64,000 nucleotides of DNA from Rhodospirillales bacterium (GTDB taxonomy: Bacteria > Pseudomonadota > Alphaproteobacteria > SMXQ01). The position numbers and the translations under genes were made by a program. The first letter of the stretch is position 1. Each line of letters starts with the position of its first letter. The stretch covers positions 96,845-160,844 of the forward strand of contig JABIXC010000007.1 in assembly GCA_018666775.1 (NCBI GenBank), read 5' to 3'. The notes under the pieces were generated by a model. The model was not told the DNA's origin and did no database searches. It saw nothing but the letters and a program-made list of their open reading frames with translations. Of the stretch, positions 60,714 to 64,000 are shown piece by piece.

Positions 60714-61796
60714 TCAGAGGTTGTCGGCACCGACTGCATCCTGAATGCGGCCATAGCCATCCCGGGTGAGGCGCGCGACAAGGCCTGTCAGTATTTCCTC
60801 TACAAGCTTTGGCCCCTGATAGACGAGGCCGGTATAAAGCGAAATCAGCGATGCCCCGGCGCGAATTTTGGCATAGGCGTCTTCGGCGCTGGCAATGCCC
60901 CCCACACCAATCAAGGGAATTTTGCCTTCGGTTTCCCGCCAGACCGCGCCCAAAAGCTGCGTGGATGGCTCAAACAACGGCTTGCCGCTCAGGCCACCCT
61001 GCTGCGGGCGATGCGCACTTTGAAGCGATTTTGGCCGGTCCAACGTGGTGTTGGATATGACCAGCCCGTCCATCTGTCCCCCACAGGCCATGGCAACAAT
61101 ATCGGCAAGATCCCCATCACCCAGATCCGGGGAAATTTTGACCAGAACCGGGATGCCTTTGCCACCCGCCAGCTCGGCATCGGCCAGTGCATCCCCGACA
61201 GCCCCCAAAATTTCTTCCAGCGCCGCCGCAGATTGCAGGGCGCGCAGGCCCGGCGTATTGGGAGAAGAAACATTTATCACCAAATAATCGGCATACCCCC
61301 CCAATTTCCCGGCGCAAAATCCATAATCAGCAGCGCCGTCCGTGGCATCCTTGTTTTTGCCAATATTGATGCCGACTAATCCGGGATTTGGGCCCTGATT
61401 TTGCTTTTCGCGCCAGCGCATAAGGTTCGCTTCCGCCCCATCAACACCCAGATTGTTAAACCCAAGGCGATTAATGACTGCTTTGTCTTCCTTGAGGCGG
61501 AAAATCCGGGGCTTTGGGTTCCCCGGTTGTGCTTTGGGCGTCACCGTGCCGATTTCGGTAAAGCCAAAGCCCATATCCAGCACCGGCCCGATCACCCGGG
61601 CATTTTTATCAAACCCCGCAGCCAGCCCCAGTGGATTGATAAAATCACGCCCCCAAAGCTGAATGGCAAGGGACGGATCAGGCGCCACCTTCAGCCGTGG
61701 CCCAAGCCCCGAGGCAAGCGCTGTGAGGGTAATGTTGTGGGAAAGTTCTGGTCCCACACAGCCCAGCAAGGGCCTGAAAATATCATAGAGATGCAT
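60714..61796 (-). CDS. pyrD: Dihydroorotate dehydrogenase (quinone), class 2
   Basis: 360 aa. N-terminal membrane-association helix. FMN-binding TIM barrel 'GFGFTEIGTVT', 'INVSSPNTPGLR'. Confidence 0.9.
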   Translation of the reverse strand: MHLYDIFRPLLGCVGPELSHNITLTALASGLGPRLKVAPDPSLAIQLWGRDFINPLGLAAGFDKNARVIGPVLDMGFGFTEIGTVTPKAQPGNPKPRIFRLKEDKAVINRLGFNNLGVDGAEANLMRWREKQNQGPNPGLVGINIGKNKDATDGAADYGFCAGKLGGYADYLVINVSSPNTPGLRALQSAAALEEILGAVGDALADAELAGGKGIPVLVKISPDLGDGDLADIVAMACGGQMDGLVISNTTLDRPKSLQSAHRPQQGGLSGKPLFEPSTQLLGAVWRETEGKIPLIGVGGIASAEDAYAKIRAGASLISLYTGLVYQGPKLVEEILTGLVARLTRDGYGRIQDAVGADNL

Positions 61797-61901
61797 GACC
61801 TGAACTTATCCCAAACAATCGCCCATGGAAAGTAAGGCAGGCAGGACAACAAATAAAAAAAGCCGCTTGGGTGATGGCCCAGAATAGGGGATAAATCCCC
61901 C

Positions 61902-62780
61902 ATGACAAAAACGCCGCCCAAAACATCAAAGCCAACACCATCAATTCACTTCATTGATGGTGTCTGGATTGAAGGCAACCCGCCCATTATTGGCCCCATG
62001 TCCAATGCCGCATGGATGGCATCGGTCGCCTTTGATGGCGTGCGTTATTTCGACAATACCATGCCAGACCTGAAACGACATGCAGAACGATCGATCCGCT
62101 CAGCCCAGATCATGGGGCTTGAACCCACCATCACCGCCGATGAAATCTGTGCCCGGGCCTGGGAAGGCGTGGATCAAATGGGCGGCGAAAGTGCGCTTTA
62201 TATTCGGCCGATGTTTTATGCCGAAGAAGGATTCGTTACGCCAAAGCCGGAATCAACGCGGTTTGTTTTAACGCTGTTCGAATCACCGCTGCCTGAACCC
62301 AAAGGCTTTACCGCGCATATATCGCGCATTCGGCGCCCAACCCCGGAAAGCGCGCCAACCCTTGCCAAGGCATCGTGCCTGTACCCGCAATCGGCCCAAG
62401 CCCTTCGCGAGGCCCGAAAAGCCGGCTTTGGCAATGGGGTGGTGCTGGATTTTGAGGGCAATGTCGCTGAATTTGCCACCGCCAATATCTTTTTGGCAAA
62501 AGACAACGTGGTGTTCACGCCCAAACCCAATGGCACCTTCCTTGATGGCATCACCCGCCAAAGGGTGATCGCATTGCTGCGTGAAAACGATGTCGTCGTG
62601 GATGAACGAAGTGTCGGCCCACAAGAACTGGCGGATGCCGATGAGATTTTTTCCACCGGCAATTATGCCAAGGTCACGCCTTTAATTAAAATGGATGATC
62701 AGGAACTCGCCCCCGGGCCTTTTTATCTACAGGCCAGGCGGCTCTATTTTGAATGGGCGAAATCTGCCACACGAACGTAA
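61902..62780 (+). CDS. Class IV (fold type IV) aminotransferase, branched-chain amino acid aminotransferase-like
   Basis: 292 aa. PLP-Lys context 'KASCLYPQS', 'EFATANIFL' and 'LDGITRQ' motifs of BCAT/D-AAT/ADCL families. Subfamily not resolved. Confidence 0.7.
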   Translation: MTKTPPKTSKPTPSIHFIDGVWIEGNPPIIGPMSNAAWMASVAFDGVRYFDNTMPDLKRHAERSIRSAQIMGLEPTITADEICARAWEGVDQMGGESALYIRPMFYAEEGFVTPKPESTRFVLTLFESPLPEPKGFTAHISRIRRPTPESAPTLAKASCLYPQSAQALREARKAGFGNGVVLDFEGNVAEFATANIFLAKDNVVFTPKPNGTFLDGITRQRVIALLRENDVVVDERSVGPQELADADEIFSTGNYAKVTPLIKMDDQELAPGPFYLQARRLYFEWAKSATRT

Positions 62781-62787
62781 TGGTCAA

Positions 62788-64000
62788 TCAAGATTCTGAA
62801 AGGTCTTCCCCGGCTAGGGCCCGGTTGATCAACACAACGGTTTCCGAAACCCCGTACAGCGCGATGAACGATCCCATGCGCGGGCCTTGGGATTGTCCCA
62901 ACAGAATTTCATAAAGCGCTTTGAACCATGCGCGCAGGTCTTCAAAGTCGTGGTGCTTGCCGACCTCATAGACCTCTGTCTGGATGCCATCTAAATCCGC
63001 ATCCGCTGGCAATGCCGCCAATGCTGCTGACAATTCCGTCAAGGCCGCCTTTTCCATATCACTGGCTGCGCGATAGGTCTTTGAAGGCTTCACAAAATCG
63101 CGGTAATAGCTCAGCGCATAGCCCACCAGTTTGTCCAAAATGGGCGCACTTTCCGGTGTTGCGCCCGGGTCATAGCGGGTGATGAACCCCCACAGGACGG
63201 ATTTATCTTCGGTGTTACACACCGATGCCAGATTGAGCAAAATGCCATAGGTCAGATGGGTTTCCGCCGATGGTGGGTTGCCGCCGTGGATGTGATGAAC
63301 CGGGTTCATCAACTGCACTGGCCCTTCTTGATCAGGGTATTTGGAAAGATGAGTCAGATAGTCATCGACGCACCGGGGGATGACATCAAAAAACAATCGT
63401 TTCGCCTTGCGCGGGGAATTGAACATATAAAGCGACAGGCTTTCCGGCGGCGCATAGGTCAACCATTCTTCGACCGTCAGACCATTGCCCCGGGATTTTG
63501 ATATTTTTTCGCCGTTTTCATCCAGAAACAATTCATACGTCATGCCTTCGGGCGGTTTGCCGCCCAGAATTTTACAAATGCGCGATGACAGGCGGACTGA
63601 ATCAATCAGGTCTTTGCCCGACATTTCATAATCCGCCTCCAGCGCCACCCAGCGCATGGCCCAATCGACTTTCCATTGCAATTTGCAATCCCCACCGCGA
63701 ACCTTGACCTCATAGGTCTGGCCGTCGGCGTCCTGATAGGTAAAGGTGCCCGCTTCCAAATTGCGGTCAATCACCGGCACCTGCAACACGCGCCCGGTCC
63801 ATGGACAAATGGGCAGGAACGGCGAATAGGTGGCGCGGCGTTCTTCACCCAGGGTGGGCAAAATCACATCCATAATGGCGTCGTAATGTTCCAGAACCTT
63901 CATTAACGTGTCATCAAACTCGCCGGATTTATAAGACTTCGTTGAAGACACAAAATCATAATCAAAGCCAAATTGATCCAGAAACGACATCAATTGCGCA
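62788..64000 (-). CDS. lysK: Lysine--tRNA ligase, class I type (C-terminal about 400 aa; N-terminus lies beyond the window end)
   Basis: KMSKS-type motif 'EKISKSRGNGLTVEEW'. Preceding 'WAMRWVALEADYEMSGKDLI' matches class I LysRS. The ORF runs to the window edge without a start codon. Confidence 0.75.
   Translation of the reverse strand, partial: AQLMSFLDQFGFDYDFVSSTKSYKSGEFDDTLMKVLEHYDAIMDVILPTLGEERRATYSPFLPICPWTGRVLQVPVIDRNLEAGTFTYQDADGQTYEVKVRGGDCKLQWKVDWAMRWVALEADYEMSGKDLIDSVRLSSRICKILGGKPPEGMTYELFLDENGEKISKSRGNGLTVEEWLTYAPPESLSLYMFNSPRKAKRLFFDVIPRCVDDYLTHLSKYPDQEGPVQLMNPVHHIHGGNPPSAETHLTYGILLNLASVCNTEDKSVLWGFITRYDPGATPESAPILDKLVGYALSYYRDFVKPSKTYRAASDMEKAALTELSAALAALPADADLDGIQTEVYEVGKHHDFEDLRAWFKALYEILLGQSQGPRMGSFIALYGVSETVVLINRALAGEDLSES

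Overview
This 64 kb window looks like core chromosome of a moderately GC-rich (about 55%) alphaproteobacterium. About 56 densely packed protein-coding genes are present, many in Rhizobiales/Rhodospirillales-like order: prfA-prmC-DUF4167-clpB, lysC-ptsP with divergent ubiG, grxC-comF-methyltransferase, mutT-argJ-ppiase-secA, xerD-...-aroK-aroB, and J-domain-cobS-cobT. No rRNA, tRNA, CRISPR, transposase or prophage genes were recognised. The only recombinase is a chromosomal-type XerD. Housekeeping content includes the ClpB chaperone, release factor 1 with its methylase, glutamyl-tRNA reductase, HisRS, IspG, a RodZ-like protein, EI-Ntr (PtsP), aspartate kinase, UbiG, a cysH-cysD-cysN sulfate-assimilation operon, SecA, AccA, XerD, AroK/AroB, CobS/CobT, L28, PyrD and a 3'-truncated class I LysRS. 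The least conventional content is listed here and detailed under findings. (i) A three-gene operon at the left edge encodes 2-oxoacid dehydrogenase E1 alpha and E1 beta (no E2 or E3) followed by a cobalamin-binding radical SAM enzyme. (ii) A membrane-anchored repetitive coiled-coil protein of about 814 aa is co-transcribed with a 2-TM ion-channel-like protein. (iii) A dienelactone-hydrolase gene has its Tat signal peptide and its mature domain in different reading frames. (iv) A very AT-rich region with palindromes and direct repeats lies upstream of the cys operon. (v) Several in-frame tandem-repeat arrays sit inside genes (RodZ-like, DUF4167, EAL-domain protein, aspartate kinase). (vi) The EAL-domain protein appears catalytically degenerate. 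All calls come from reading the translated ORFs and the DNA by eye. No database searches were run.
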